DNA from: an uncultured virus (IMG/VR IMGVR_UViG_3300001518_000020)
Taxonomy: Duplodnaviria; Heunggongvirae; Uroviricota; Caudoviricetes
Virus record (IMG/VR): IMGVR_UViG_3300001518_000020
Reading direction: 5' to 3' (one strand)
DNA: 64,000 bases
A program made the translations under genes and the position numbers. Below, piece after piece: positions 48,008-59,256 of the stretch. Each line of letters begins with the position of its first letter. Position 1 is the stretch's first letter. Below the pieces are notes generated by a model. That model was not told the origin of the DNA, made no database searches, and worked only from the letters and a program-made list of their open reading frames with translations.

Positions 48008-49042
48008 TTATATTTTTGTATTTTTAATTTTCCATTCAACTTTTCCTAATCCGGAATTGTCTGTAATATATAATTTATAAAAACGATTATCGATAAATGA
48101 TACATCAATTTTATGCCAAGCTCCTTGAAAATTAGTATTATTATCAATAAATATTGGATTTATATTTATTGGTAAAATAATATAAGCATTAAATTTTTTT
48201 TGTTGATCAATAATAATTGGTTCTATTTTATCATCTAAATAATATATAGTATCAAATTCAATATAATTAGTTCCATCAAATAATCCATATTTACATTCAT
48301 TATACCATTTTTGTGTATATTCATATGTATCTGCAGTTTTTCCATCTGAATAAGAAATAATTATGTGTCCATCAATTCCTTTATTAAATGTTACATATAT
48401 TTTATGGTTTTCTAAATCTACATTATTTATTGTACAATTTTCTGAATCTACATTAAATTTTTCCCAATTATTTAAATCGATTGATGATAATATATCAAAA
48501 TCTAATATTTGTGATTCTTCATCATTTGGTAATAATGGTTTGTTATTAATTATAATTTTAGGATAAATATATTCATATAATGCGATTTTTCCATTTTCAT
48601 CTACATATAAATTATATTCATTATCTGAATTAAATTTAAATGAATTATTATTTACTAAATTTTTATTTAAACTTAGTTCAATAGTATTATATTTTCCTTC
48701 AATAAAATTAACATTTAATCCACCTTTACCTTTAATTGCTAAGGTATCTGAGTTTTTATTAGCATCAATTTCATCAATTATATTATCATCAACATCTATA
48801 GATAATAATTTGGAAAAATATAATAAATTTTCTTTTAGTTCATCACCACCATAATATTCACCTAATGTATATATTCGATGAGTATCAGCATCAAATAATA
48901 TAGCACGTTCTTGATCAATTAAATACTTTACATAATTAAATGCATTATCTGTATAATTATCGGAGTTAATTCTTACAAATTTCTTTTGTATAATTAAATC
49001 TTGAATATCTTCTAAATCAATTTTTATTAAATTTTCATCCAT
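48008..49042 (-). CDS. Putative virion structural protein
   Basis: 344-aa ORF in the same operon. Confidence 0.55.
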   Translation of the reverse strand: MDENLIKIDLEDIQDLIIQKKFVRINSDNYTDNAFNYVKYLIDQERAILFDADTHRIYTLGEYYGGDELKENLLYFSKLLSIDVDDNIIDEIDANKNSDTLAIKGKGGLNVNFIEGKYNTIELSLNKNLVNNNSFKFNSDNEYNLYVDENGKIALYEYIYPKIIINNKPLLPNDEESQILDFDILSSIDLNNWEKFNVDSENCTINNVDLENHKIYVTFNKGIDGHIIISYSDGKTADTYEYTQKWYNECKYGLFDGTNYIEFDTIYYLDDKIEPIIIDQQKKFNAYIILPININPIFIDNNTNFQGAWHKIDVSFIDNRFYKLYITDNSGLGKVEWKIKNTKI

Positions 49043-49060
49043 AAATATTTAATTATAAAA

Positions 49061-49426
49061 TTATAAAAATTGCCATTCAAAATAGTCTTTATTATAAGAA
49101 AAACTATATGATACTATATTATTTGCTATAGCAGAATTTTGTATATAATATGCTAAATCTTGAATATAACTAATATTATTTAATTCTTCTAAATTTTTAT
49201 ATTGATTATGTAATTTATCTATTTCATATGTAGTAAACTCAGATGAATAAGAATTACAATATGATGTAATTGATTGTAAATTAATAGCTACATTATGATA
49301 TGAATTAATTCTTGAATTATATTGAGCTAATGGTAACCAACTATGTGATTGATATGATGTTATTGTATCTCTACCTCTTAACTCAGAAATCTTTTTATTT
49401 TTATTATTTATAATAGGAACTTGCAT
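49061..49426 (-). CDS. Putative virion structural protein
   Basis: N-terminal KKISEL resembles 10128..10667. C-terminal FEW. Confidence 0.55.
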   Translation of the reverse strand: MQVPIINNKNKKISELRGRDTITSYQSHSWLPLAQYNSRINSYHNVAINLQSITSYCNSYSSEFTTYEIDKLHNQYKNLEELNNISYIQDLAYYIQNSAIANNIVSYSFSYNKDYFEWQFL

Positions 49427-49512
49427 AATTTATAAATTACAACAATATCTTTATTAAAAATAAAATATAAGCATAAGTTTTTATTTTTAATAAAAGATCA
49501 AAGGATAATATT

Positions 49513-49746
49513 ATGAATCCAAATCGTAATAATGAAATAAATGAATTAAAAAATATTATAACAAACATTTTTATATGTTATAATAATTTAACAACTAAAG
49601 AAGCGGTAGAAAATAGACAATCAGAAGATATTATTAAGTATAAAAAACAATTAAATAATGATGATTTATATTTACTTTCAATTCGAAATAATGCTTTAGT
49701 TGTTTTCGATAAATGTAATCAATTATTAAAAGAAAGAGTAATATAA
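49513..49746 (+). CDS. Hypothetical protein
   Basis: 77 aa with its own TTATTTTTAATAAAAG motif and terminator. Confidence 0.6.
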   Translation: MNPNRNNEINELKNIITNIFICYNNLTTKEAVENRQSEDIIKYKKQLNNDDLYLLSIRNNALVVFDKCNQLLKERVI

Positions 49747-49747
49747 T

Positions 49748-49783
49748 TAAAAAATGGAGATGCTCGAGCATCTCCATTTTTTA
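49748..49783. terminator. Bidirectional terminator (perfect 36-bp palindrome)
   Basis: TAAAAAATGGAGATGCTC/GAGCATCTCCATTTTTTA. Confidence 0.8.
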
Positions 49784-50263
49784 TAATATATAATCATTAT
49801 AATTGATTTCATCTTTAGCTTCATTACCAACTTCTAAACATTTTCTAATATGATTATTCATAGAAATAATAAAATCTTTCATATCATCAATTGTTTCAAA
49901 TTCGTAATAAATATTTTCGTTGTTTATTTTAAATTTAACCTTTTCAGGTAAATTACTTCCATCTAATAAACATGTAGTGTCAAATAATAATTTATAATCA
50001 ATTTGATGTTCTAAAGATAAATTAATTAACATGTCATTCCATCTAAATTTGTTTTCAATACAATATTTAGTTTGTTGATTAATATATTTAGTAATCATTT
50101 TTTTAATTGTATCTAATGATGGTTTAGTATTAAATATTTCATAGTACCATTGATAATTATCTCCACCAATATTTTTTAATCCCCAAGATACAATATATTT
50201 ATTAGATTTATCATTATATATTAATGGTTTAAACTGATTTTTATATCCATTTGTTATATTCAT
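49781..50263 (-). CDS. Tail-fibre-associated protein (DUF4376-like)
   Basis: KPSLD.IK, F.W....NLS.E.Q.DYK and G..AKD.I motifs. Follows the giant protein. Likely start is ATG 50263. Confidence 0.6.
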   Translation of the reverse strand: MNITNGYKNQFKPLIYNDKSNKYIVSWGLKNIGGDNYQWYYEIFNTKPSLDTIKKMITKYINQQTKYCIENKFRWNDMLINLSLEHQIDYKLLFDTTCLLDGSNLPEKVKFKINNENIYYEFETIDDMKDFIISMNNHIRKCLEVGNEAKDEINYNDYIL

Positions 50264-50322
50264 ATGTAATTCCAATATTTTTTTGAAACTGGTAGAAGGA
50301 TCATCCTTCTACCAATATTTTA

Positions 50323-53300
50323 TTAAACTGCTAAACTTGGTCCAAATAAGCAATAACTTAAGAATGATGGATTCATCTTACGATTGCTATGATCAACAGC
50401 ATTTTGATTATTTAATTTATATACCATATCTGGAGTACTACTATTTATATCATGTGCAACTTGAATATTTTCTTTATTAGAACCATTTATATCTCCAGTT
50501 GTATCAGGATTAGGAGTATCATAATACCAATACATTTTACTATGTTTATAATCAGTATATGAATAAATTCCTGTATATAAGTTATCAAAATCTCTTCCTT
50601 CTGTTCCTTCTGGTAGACTACTATTAAAATAAAATTTACTCTTATCAAATAATTTAGTAGATAATTGACCAGTTTTGTCTAATTCATCTAAGAATTCTTT
50701 AAATACATTATAATTATTCATTACATTCATATAATCTTTTGAAGATAATGGTTTACATACCATATTTGATATACCTAATTTCTTATAATCATTAATATAA
50801 TAGAATATCATATTACTATCTGAAATAGTAGATGTATTAGAGAATTTAATTTCTCCTCTACGATATGCATTACATAATCTTTCAATTTTTTGTTCTGGAT
50901 CAGACATAGCTTCAGAAATATCAAATGTACCAACTGATTGTAATGTAAATATACCACCATCAGCACCATTACGTTTACCAGCAGAAATTATTCTATAATA
51001 ATCATACCATTTAGAATATAAATAACCATCAGAATATCTTTCATAATGTGTAGTATCATGAACAAATGTATTTGGTTCATCTAATAATAAATGGAATGCA
51101 TATTGATTATTAAAGTTGATTCCATAAGATTCATCATTATACCATGTACTATCTGTTGACCACCACATATATGCTTCTTGTTCAGATGCTAATTTCCATG
51201 GATCTAATGATGTATATGTACGTGTTCCTTTATCATTAAGATAAACATATACTAAAGCAATGAAATATTCTTTAATATTTGTTATAACGTATGTTTGTTG
51301 CTTATAACCTGCTAAATCATATAAATTCAAATTCTTATCTAAGAAGTATAAACATTCTGCTGGAGTATTTTCATTTTCTCCGAATGCTTTAATATCAGAT
51401 GAATTTATATTGAAGTTAGTTGTTAATGCAGCTGTACGTTCAACATGAATATCTTTATCTAATGTTGTTTTAATACCATTAAATGATACTGAATATTGTA
51501 ATTTAGTTGAAGCAGAGAATAAATTACTTTTTGTTGATTCTAATAAACTAAAACTAAATGTATGTGATTTATCATCTGTAGTAATTATACCATTATTAGT
51601 AATGTATTCTTTTAAGTTTGGAGTTTCATTAATTGTTGTAAATGAATCTGTAGATAATGTTGAATAATTAGCTTCAGGATATTGTTCATTTGATAAGAAT
51701 TGAACAGTTCCATTATTATACTTTTTAGTAATATTATCTGAATTACCCCAAACATATTTTACATTGTTAATTTCACTATATGTATGTAAATCATATTTAA
51801 TTGTTGGCATTACTTGAGATAATAATATTGAATTCTCTGAACTGTCAGAAGTATCAAATTCAGTAACATTATTAATAGATGTAGACTTAATAAGATTAAT
51901 ACCATCTGGTAAGAAATAACCTAATATTACATTAACCTTCTTAGTAGTAACATTATCATAAACGTCTTTAATAACAATATTAAATTCACCAAATTGATAC
52001 ATAGATTGTTTAGCAACAGGTAACTCAATATCAATTGATTCAATCACATTTTGTTTAATTATTGAATTATTTGGAATAATATTATATTTTACAAATATTC
52101 CTTCTGGAACAACAATTTCCATTGATTTAACTGGAACATTATATTCAGCAGGATTAATATTAACTTGATAATGATATGAAACAATTTTTTGTGTTCCTTT
52201 TGTTTTAATTTCAGATTCAGATTTTACATATTGTTCAATAGTTAATTCATGTTCTTCATTTTCTTCTAATACTTCATTATTATATACTAATTGTATATCA
52301 TTAATTTTCTTAGTATTAAGATTTACATTAATTAATGAAGTCAATACTGTGTTTTGTTTATCTCCAAGATGTACAAATACATATAATGTGATTTGAGTAT
52401 TATCATTTTGAATATTTGGTAAATATTTAATAATATATTTACCTAATTCGTTATCAAATTCAACATTAAGTTGTCCAAATTCATTATTACTAATAACTGT
52501 ATTAGAATTAAATGAAGCTTCAACACTAGTAATATCAACATTTATTGGTTTTTCAATATCAAAAGTTAATTTATATTGATATTCTTTAATTTCATCAATT
52601 GTTTGTGTTGTAATTACAGGATCACCATTTGAATTTATAATTACAATATTATCTGAATTAGGTTTAACTAAGTTTTCAATATTAATTATTGTATTAGCAA
52701 CTGATTGACCTGGAAGTAAACTATCTGTTACATTAATTTCAATTGATTTATTAGAAGTATCTGTATATTCATAAACATCTAATATAGCTGTACCGTTATC
52801 GTTTGTTAAATATGATTGAGTAGCACCTTGATAAAATGTATTGAAATAAACATTATTAGTTTTATTCCAAACTGTCATTTTGTTATTAGCAGGATTAACA
52901 GATGCAGGAATAATATTAATAATACGTTCATTATTAATTGGGAAAATAGTTGCAGTTATTTTAACCTTTTGACCAGCTAAAACAGTATATGCTTCACCAT
53001 CATAAACAGGTTCTTTACCATTATCATATCCTGTAACTGTTAAGAATACTGAACTATTACTATCAAAGTGGAATGCTGCGTCTGAACGGAATGTTGAATC
53101 TTCCCAAAGTTTCTTAACATCATTAAATTTAGAAGTTGTCATTTCTTCATAATTTTCTTGTGTTAAACCACCATTTGGATTATCTCCATAAAGTTTGATA
53201 ATACCTTTATTAATAACGAAGTTTTCTACACCCATATTATTAAGACCAAAATCTCTCTTAATAGCATTTAATAAATCAAGTGACTTAATCTTCTTAGTAG

Positions 53301-56300
53301 CTGCAGAAACATTTGGATTTTCTTTAGGTATACTATCTAACCAAACATTAACATCTTCAGCTAAATCACCATCAATATTACCATAATATTGTTCAAGTTC
53401 AATTGTATTGAATGATAATGAGCATGAATAATCAGACATTCTTACATCATATTTCTTAAGCATTATATACCAGTTAAGTATAAATTCAAATAGTTTATGT
53501 CCTTCAAATGCATTACCGCTAACATTTTCAATTTCAACTCTTGTTAATGCAACTGATGGAGTAAATCTAAATTCATCAACAGAAACACCATTTAATTTTA
53601 ATGTTGAAACTGAACTTGGTAATGAAACTTCTTCTAACATAACACCTTTAGCAGGTATGAAACTATTAATAGAAGAACCATCAGCTAAGAATTTAGTAAG
53701 GTTACCTAATTGAGAAATATCAATAGATTTCATTAATGAACATGTTCTAATATCTAATACTTTAAGTGTCTTTAATCTATCAATTTGAGATATACCTTGA
53801 ACAGCACATCCAGGTATTTCTGAAATTGGTTTATCACCACCTAAAATAAGTTCTTCAATTAATGAACCTTTTTCAGGAGCCCAGCTACATGTAAGTACTT
53901 GTCCTAAACCATTACGATTAACACTAAAGTCAAGAACTTTAGCTTTATAAACACCATACATTTGCATTGGGTTACCAAGAATAAGAGTATCAACTGTTTC
54001 GAACATATGTTCTTGACCAGCTTCAAGTTCTACAAAGTTATTACCTAATATATTATTATTAGAAATAATTGAGTAATAGAATTTAGAACCAGCAACTATT
54101 CTTAAGAATGGTTGTTTATTACTTGGAGAAGCTTCAAGACCCATATAGAAGTCTAAACGGTTTGTAGCATATTCACCAGCTGACCATTTAGAATCATAAA
54201 GATCGAAACGGTGTCTTAACCACCAATCACGGTGTGATGCACGAGAACCTTGTAAGAATGGAAGATACTTAGTATTTTGATATGGATTATATGAAGCAGT
54301 ACCTTCATTATCTATATCATTATATGTTCCAATATACTTATACATTTCTGATTGGTTATAAAGTCTTTCTGACCATGTACCTGATTGTTTAACGTTAAAC
54401 ATATCAAGCGCAATATCATAAGTAAGTACATTAGATGTTACCATTGCAGTAGCAGCCTTTTGAACTTTATCTAAGAAATCTGGATCTTGTTCAAGTGTAT
54501 TCCAAAGAACTGAACCGAAACCAGCGAATGCATAAGAACCAACTGATTCATCATATGTTTCACGAGTAACTTGCCAATCATATGCTAAGTAACCATCATT
54601 ACGAACACCAAGTACAGTATCATTATCATAGTTGATAAAGTAATAGTGTTTAGCATCTTCTGTTGTCATCATAGTATTCTTAATAACTTGGTCAACACCA
54701 GCAAATCTCATTAAGTATACATAGTAACATGCTAATTTCCATACATCAAAGTGTTCATATTTTTGATCTTGGAAATATTCAAATTTAGTCTTTCCTTTGA
54801 ATGAAGTACCTTTAGAAACCTTTTCACCAGTACCTGTAACAATTGTTACTTCTTCACCCGATGCATAAGGTACTGTCTTACCCATTTCATCAACATATGT
54901 ATAGTTATTACCATTCTTAGTTAAGTAAACTGTTACCCATGCATTTGGATGTATTTGTTCTCTTTCTGAATTCATACGTTTACCATCATAAGTAAATACA
55001 CGACCAGTATATACTTCATCCTTCATTGGAGTTGTATTAATTGTCTTTGTAACAATTGTACGATCAAATGTCTTATCAATATAATACCATTGTCTAATTT
55101 CATCAGTAGCATTTGGGTACCAATCCATAGCTTCATATGAAATTTCATTTGGATCATCACTTTCTTCAATAATATATACGTATGGAGTACCTGAATTTAA
55201 TACATCATAAATACGTTGAATCATTAAATCTTGATTAGTTTCATTTTCACTATATAATGGTTCCATTGATCCAGTACTTGTAGCAGTAACTTGTGATGCA
55301 TAAGTTTGACGATAATAAACAATTAATTTACCTTTTTTATAAAGATTAGCTTTAGCAGCTTCTATATCCATTAATGTTGGTTTACCTGTATTATCATCAT
55401 AAATTATAGCACCATCTGAATCTGTAGCATAGAAATTAGCTGTCTTATCTTTTGGAGACATCATTGGAACAGAAAGATAAAGTGTTTTATTTGGTAATGA
55501 ATTTAATATTGATTTATCTTCAAACCATTCTTGAGCTGTTAAATCATCAAGTTTAGTAAAATCGCTTAATTCATAACCATCTTTATCTTTACCTGGTTCA
55601 CCAACACGAACACTTACAGCATCTTTACAGAAATTAACGAAACGAATAACTGTTTCTAAGTGATCTGTACGAGTATCATTTAAGTCATCATTATCTGGCC
55701 AACGAGCTTCATAAGTCTTAAAGATAGGACGATCTTCATTATTAGCTTCACCTGGTGTATAATCAACAGTAGAACCATCAACATTATCAGTTGTAGCATC
55801 ATTCATTTGAGCTAAACGAGAACCGTTTTGAAGACATTCCCAACATTCTGTACGTTGATCATCATTACCAGCATTGAATAAAGTATTACCATCTTCGTCT
55901 TTAAGATCTTCAAATCCAAATAAAGGAGTAGAACCTTTATCAGTCATAATGTTATAAAGACCTAAGAATACTGGATCACCATATTCTTCTGTAAATTGAT
56001 TATTATCATTTTTGATACGAGGACGGTTAATAATAATAATTGGATAACCATCACAAGATGTTCGAATATCACCAAATACTAATTTTTGAGATACATTATT
56101 AATAGTAATTGTCTTATCTTTGTGAGATTCATCATATTCTTGCATAGCACGTTGAGCATTAGTAGCACCAGGTTTAGATGTCATGAATTTATTACCATCT
56201 ACATCATATGTGAAACCTTCTGTACCAATTTCAACATCACGCATTACATCACCCCAAAGTCTACCAACACCAGCATTATGTGTCATAGAAGACTCTGCAT

Positions 56301-59136
56301 AGTCACACTTAACAGTCCATCTATCAGTGAATAAATCTTTTTGTTTATATCTTGCGTATGCACCTTGTACATAAATAGGTGCACCTTCATTTTCAGCTAC
56401 AAATTTATTAAGATTCTTAATCTTATTCTTACATGCTTGATCAGAGAAAATCTTAATACCAGAGTGAACAAACATTACAGCAGTATCATAAGAAATTTCT
56501 TGAGGATAATCTTTTAATGTTTTCTTGTTTCTTAATGGTTTATATTCAATACCATTAATTGTAAATGGTTCATCTGGATTTTGTTCTCCTGATTGGATTC
56601 TTGCAATTGCATCAGCATCTGTAAGACCCCACCAAACACGAGTTTCGTATTTATATCTATCAGCAGAAGCAAAACCTCTTAATGTGTTTGAATCGGCTGT
56701 TTTATTGAAATAAGGTCTAAAGTTACGACGTGGGTAGTTCATTGAAGAAGTACCTTGGTTAGACATCCAAGCATCACGAGCAAAATAGTTAAATTCTGGA
56801 TGCATAGGATCTTGATAAAGAATATCAACAGGAACATTAGCTTTCTTATTGAATACTTGTACAATAGAGTCTGTAATATTACCATATATAGTCATAACAG
56901 GTATATGTAAATCAGAACTTAATATTTTACTAATATTAATTGTTTTACTACCTTCATTATATATATCGTTTCTTAAATAGTTTCCACGTACATCATTAGA
57001 ATCTGCAATAAAATTATCAACTTCTTCATCTAAAGTAAGTGCACGGCTATAAATTCTAATATCATGTATTTTTGTTGTTACTTTACCTTCAGTATTACCA
57101 ATAGTAAATTGTGCATAATCTTCACTTGTACCAATACAACTATCATTTATAGGGAATTGTGCTACACGATCAAGAATACCATTAACAACAATATACATTA
57201 AATAAGGACAATCAAGACCTTGAGTTTGTGTTTGATCTTGTCCATTATAGCTAAAGATAAATGCAATTTTTTGACGAGCACCATCTTTATAATTAGTATG
57301 AATATTCATACCACCATTAGATTGTAATGATGCTTCACAAGCTTTAATAGAAATACTAGCTCCATTAGGATCACCATATTGCATAATCAAAGCTTCATCG
57401 TCTTGTACATTTTCTGTTTCAAAATCAATTTCAAATGTTACACCTGTTTTATATAAACTAAATATATTTACAGGTATAGTAACAGTAGCATTATTATTAA
57501 GTACTAAACAATTATCAATCCAACCATTTTGTGAATTCCATAATACATTATTAAATTCTGCTTCATAAACAACTGGTTTTGTACCAACCATTTTTTCATA
57601 TTTCCAAGTAGCTCTTTCTTCAGCACCTTCGGAATTACTACGGTTAAGAGCAGAAAGTTCTAATTCTAATGATGTAGTTGTTTTTGTAATTTGTACACTA
57701 GATTCTTTAATATTAACATCAATAGAAACAGTTTCACCATTATTAGCTGTGTTAATAATTTGAAGTTCTTTATTACCATAGTTTTGAGATGTATAAGTAA
57801 ATGTAGAACCTGTACCTGATGGAATTTCTGCTTGTGTAGTAAATTCAGGAGTAACTAAATTAGATTTATCATATAATTTAATATCTATAACAACTGCAGA
57901 ACCATCAGCTGAGTTACCACGACCAGATGTATCTAATACAACATAATCAGTAGCAAAACTTAAGTATTGTTCAGAATTAATAGAAATTCTTGAATTTTGT
58001 GGTAAAATTGATGGATCTTGTCCTTCTTTTACAATATTCGCAAATGCATTATTTTCATATGTTCTTTGGAAAAGAATATATGAACCATTAACCATACCAG
58101 TTCCTACAAGTACAAAATCATAATAAAGAGTTTGTGATTTAATTATGTTTTCTGCACCATCTTGTATATAGAAATACATTTGAAGATTGTGCTTACCTGT
58201 AGTAGCCCATTCATATTTTGTTCCTTGTTCGTTTACAAATGGAATAATTACATCATATTGAGATGGATTGTTTGTACCAACAAATAAATCTAATGTTTGT
58301 TTATTATCACGATTATCAATTAAATAAACTTGTTTACCATCTACAAACACACGTAACATTTTTGTACCAGCACCACTAGCTATAATATTTGTAGTAAAAC
58401 TATCATCATCTAATGAAATTCCTTGATATAAGCTATAATCACTTTGTGGATTACCAAAAGTTGAACTTAAACTTAAATTCAATACTCTATATTGATATGT
58501 TACAGTTGTAGAAACATTATACATCAATGAAGTAATAGTGAAATTAATTGTATTAACACCTTCTGATAAATATTTACCAATTTCATCAAATTTATAATCA
58601 ACACCTTTAGCAGGATCACTTGGAATATCTACACGAATTGTAGGTAAAGTACGTGTTCCTGATACATTATTATTAATACTAATGTTAATGGTAGATTGAC
58701 CAGCTTGTGGAGAATTAGATTTGTCTTTTACAACATAATTAAAAGATATTTCTTGATTATCTTTATCTGATAATAATATTGTTTTTGAATATGCACCAGT
58801 TTTAGATACTTCAATAGTAGCAGGAGCAGGAGCATCAAATTGTGCTAAAATAAAACTAGTTCCTCCTTCAGGATTTGTGGCCCATAACGCAAAATTTTCT
58901 TTATCAGCAAATATTAAATATTGGTTTGTTGGTTTATGACTTGATACCTGAATACCGTTTTCGGTATCTTTATATTCAGAATCTTTATCATAATACATAA
59001 AACCAAATTTACTTTCTAAGCTTTCTTTAAGAAATTTTTGGATCTTTTCACCTGAAACTGGAAGACCATTTGTTGATTCGTCACCACCCCAGTTTACATA
59101 TTTGTTAATATCCTTTTCGTAAAGCTTTGTAGCCAT
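50323..59136 (-). CDS. Giant multidomain protein with LamG-like, CotH-kinase-like and LRR regions
   Basis: 2937 aa. LamG-like IRIYSRALT. CotH-like QGTSS..YPRRN, TVKCDYAES, IRTSCDGYP, FLGLYN..DK, VDQVIKN and YDNDT. LRR-like region at ~53500-53960. Confidence 0.75.
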   Translation of the reverse strand: MATKLYEKDINKYVNWGGDESTNGLPVSGEKIQKFLKESLESKFGFMYYDKDSEYKDTENGIQVSSHKPTNQYLIFADKENFALWATNPEGGTSFILAQFDAPAPATIEVSKTGAYSKTILLSDKDNQEISFNYVVKDKSNSPQAGQSTINISINNNVSGTRTLPTIRVDIPSDPAKGVDYKFDEIGKYLSEGVNTINFTITSLMYNVSTTVTYQYRVLNLSLSSTFGNPQSDYSLYQGISLDDDSFTTNIIASGAGTKMLRVFVDGKQVYLIDNRDNKQTLDLFVGTNNPSQYDVIIPFVNEQGTKYEWATTGKHNLQMYFYIQDGAENIIKSQTLYYDFVLVGTGMVNGSYILFQRTYENNAFANIVKEGQDPSILPQNSRISINSEQYLSFATDYVVLDTSGRGNSADGSAVVIDIKLYDKSNLVTPEFTTQAEIPSGTGSTFTYTSQNYGNKELQIINTANNGETVSIDVNIKESSVQITKTTTSLELELSALNRSNSEGAEERATWKYEKMVGTKPVVYEAEFNNVLWNSQNGWIDNCLVLNNNATVTIPVNIFSLYKTGVTFEIDFETENVQDDEALIMQYGDPNGASISIKACEASLQSNGGMNIHTNYKDGARQKIAFIFSYNGQDQTQTQGLDCPYLMYIVVNGILDRVAQFPINDSCIGTSEDYAQFTIGNTEGKVTTKIHDIRIYSRALTLDEEVDNFIADSNDVRGNYLRNDIYNEGSKTINISKILSSDLHIPVMTIYGNITDSIVQVFNKKANVPVDILYQDPMHPEFNYFARDAWMSNQGTSSMNYPRRNFRPYFNKTADSNTLRGFASADRYKYETRVWWGLTDADAIARIQSGEQNPDEPFTINGIEYKPLRNKKTLKDYPQEISYDTAVMFVHSGIKIFSDQACKNKIKNLNKFVAENEGAPIYVQGAYARYKQKDLFTDRWTVKCDYAESSMTHNAGVGRLWGDVMRDVEIGTEGFTYDVDGNKFMTSKPGATNAQRAMQEYDESHKDKTITINNVSQKLVFGDIRTSCDGYPIIIINRPRIKNDNNQFTEEYGDPVFLGLYNIMTDKGSTPLFGFEDLKDEDGNTLFNAGNDDQRTECWECLQNGSRLAQMNDATTDNVDGSTVDYTPGEANNEDRPIFKTYEARWPDNDDLNDTRTDHLETVIRFVNFCKDAVSVRVGEPGKDKDGYELSDFTKLDDLTAQEWFEDKSILNSLPNKTLYLSVPMMSPKDKTANFYATDSDGAIIYDDNTGKPTLMDIEAAKANLYKKGKLIVYYRQTYASQVTATSTGSMEPLYSENETNQDLMIQRIYDVLNSGTPYVYIIEESDDPNEISYEAMDWYPNATDEIRQWYYIDKTFDRTIVTKTINTTPMKDEVYTGRVFTYDGKRMNSEREQIHPNAWVTVYLTKNGNNYTYVDEMGKTVPYASGEEVTIVTGTGEKVSKGTSFKGKTKFEYFQDQKYEHFDVWKLACYYVYLMRFAGVDQVIKNTMMTTEDAKHYYFINYDNDTVLGVRNDGYLAYDWQVTRETYDESVGSYAFAGFGSVLWNTLEQDPDFLDKVQKAATAMVTSNVLTYDIALDMFNVKQSGTWSERLYNQSEMYKYIGTYNDIDNEGTASYNPYQNTKYLPFLQGSRASHRDWWLRHRFDLYDSKWSAGEYATNRLDFYMGLEASPSNKQPFLRIVAGSKFYYSIISNNNILGNNFVELEAGQEHMFETVDTLILGNPMQMYGVYKAKVLDFSVNRNGLGQVLTCSWAPEKGSLIEELILGGDKPISEIPGCAVQGISQIDRLKTLKVLDIRTCSLMKSIDISQLGNLTKFLADGSSINSFIPAKGVMLEEVSLPSSVSTLKLNGVSVDEFRFTPSVALTRVEIENVSGNAFEGHKLFEFILNWYIMLKKYDVRMSDYSCSLSFNTIELEQYYGNIDGDLAEDVNVWLDSIPKENPNVSAATKKIKSLDLLNAIKRDFGLNNMGVENFVINKGIIKLYGDNPNGGLTQENYEEMTTSKFNDVKKLWEDSTFRSDAAFHFDSNSSVFLTVTGYDNGKEPVYDGEAYTVLAGQKVKITATIFPINNERIINIIPASVNPANNKMTVWNKTNNVYFNTFYQGATQSYLTNDNGTAILDVYEYTDTSNKSIEINVTDSLLPGQSVANTIINIENLVKPNSDNIVIINSNGDPVITTQTIDEIKEYQYKLTFDIEKPINVDITSVEASFNSNTVISNNEFGQLNVEFDNELGKYIIKYLPNIQNDNTQITLYVFVHLGDKQNTVLTSLINVNLNTKKINDIQLVYNNEVLEENEEHELTIEQYVKSESEIKTKGTQKIVSYHYQVNINPAEYNVPVKSMEIVVPEGIFVKYNIIPNNSIIKQNVIESIDIELPVAKQSMYQFGEFNIVIKDVYDNVTTKKVNVILGYFLPDGINLIKSTSINNVTEFDTSDSSENSILLSQVMPTIKYDLHTYSEINNVKYVWGNSDNITKKYNNGTVQFLSNEQYPEANYSTLSTDSFTTINETPNLKEYITNNGIITTDDKSHTFSFSLLESTKSNLFSASTKLQYSVSFNGIKTTLDKDIHVERTAALTTNFNINSSDIKAFGENENTPAECLYFLDKNLNLYDLAGYKQQTYVITNIKEYFIALVYVYLNDKGTRTYTSLDPWKLASEQEAYMWWSTDSTWYNDESYGINFNNQYAFHLLLDEPNTFVHDTTHYERYSDGYLYSKWYDYYRIISAGKRNGADGGIFTLQSVGTFDISEAMSDPEQKIERLCNAYRRGEIKFSNTSTISDSNMIFYYINDYKKLGISNMVCKPLSSKDYMNVMNNYNVFKEFLDELDKTGQLSTKLFDKSKFYFNSSLPEGTEGRDFDNLYTGIYSYTDYKHSKMYWYYDTPNPDTTGDINGSNKENIQVAHDINSSTPDMVYKLNNQNAVDHSNRKMNPSFLSYCLFGPSLAV

Positions 59137-59232
59137 ATAAATTTAATCTTTACTATATTTTTTTTATTTTATATAATTAAAAATAAAACTTATCAAAATA
59201 AATATACATAAATGTTTTATTACAAAAACAAA

Positions 59233-59252
59233 AGGGATAGAAAACTATCCCT
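59233..59252 (-). terminator. Intrinsic terminator
   Basis: AGGGATAG-AAAA-CTATCCCT. Confidence 0.65.
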
Positions 59253-59256
59253 ATAT

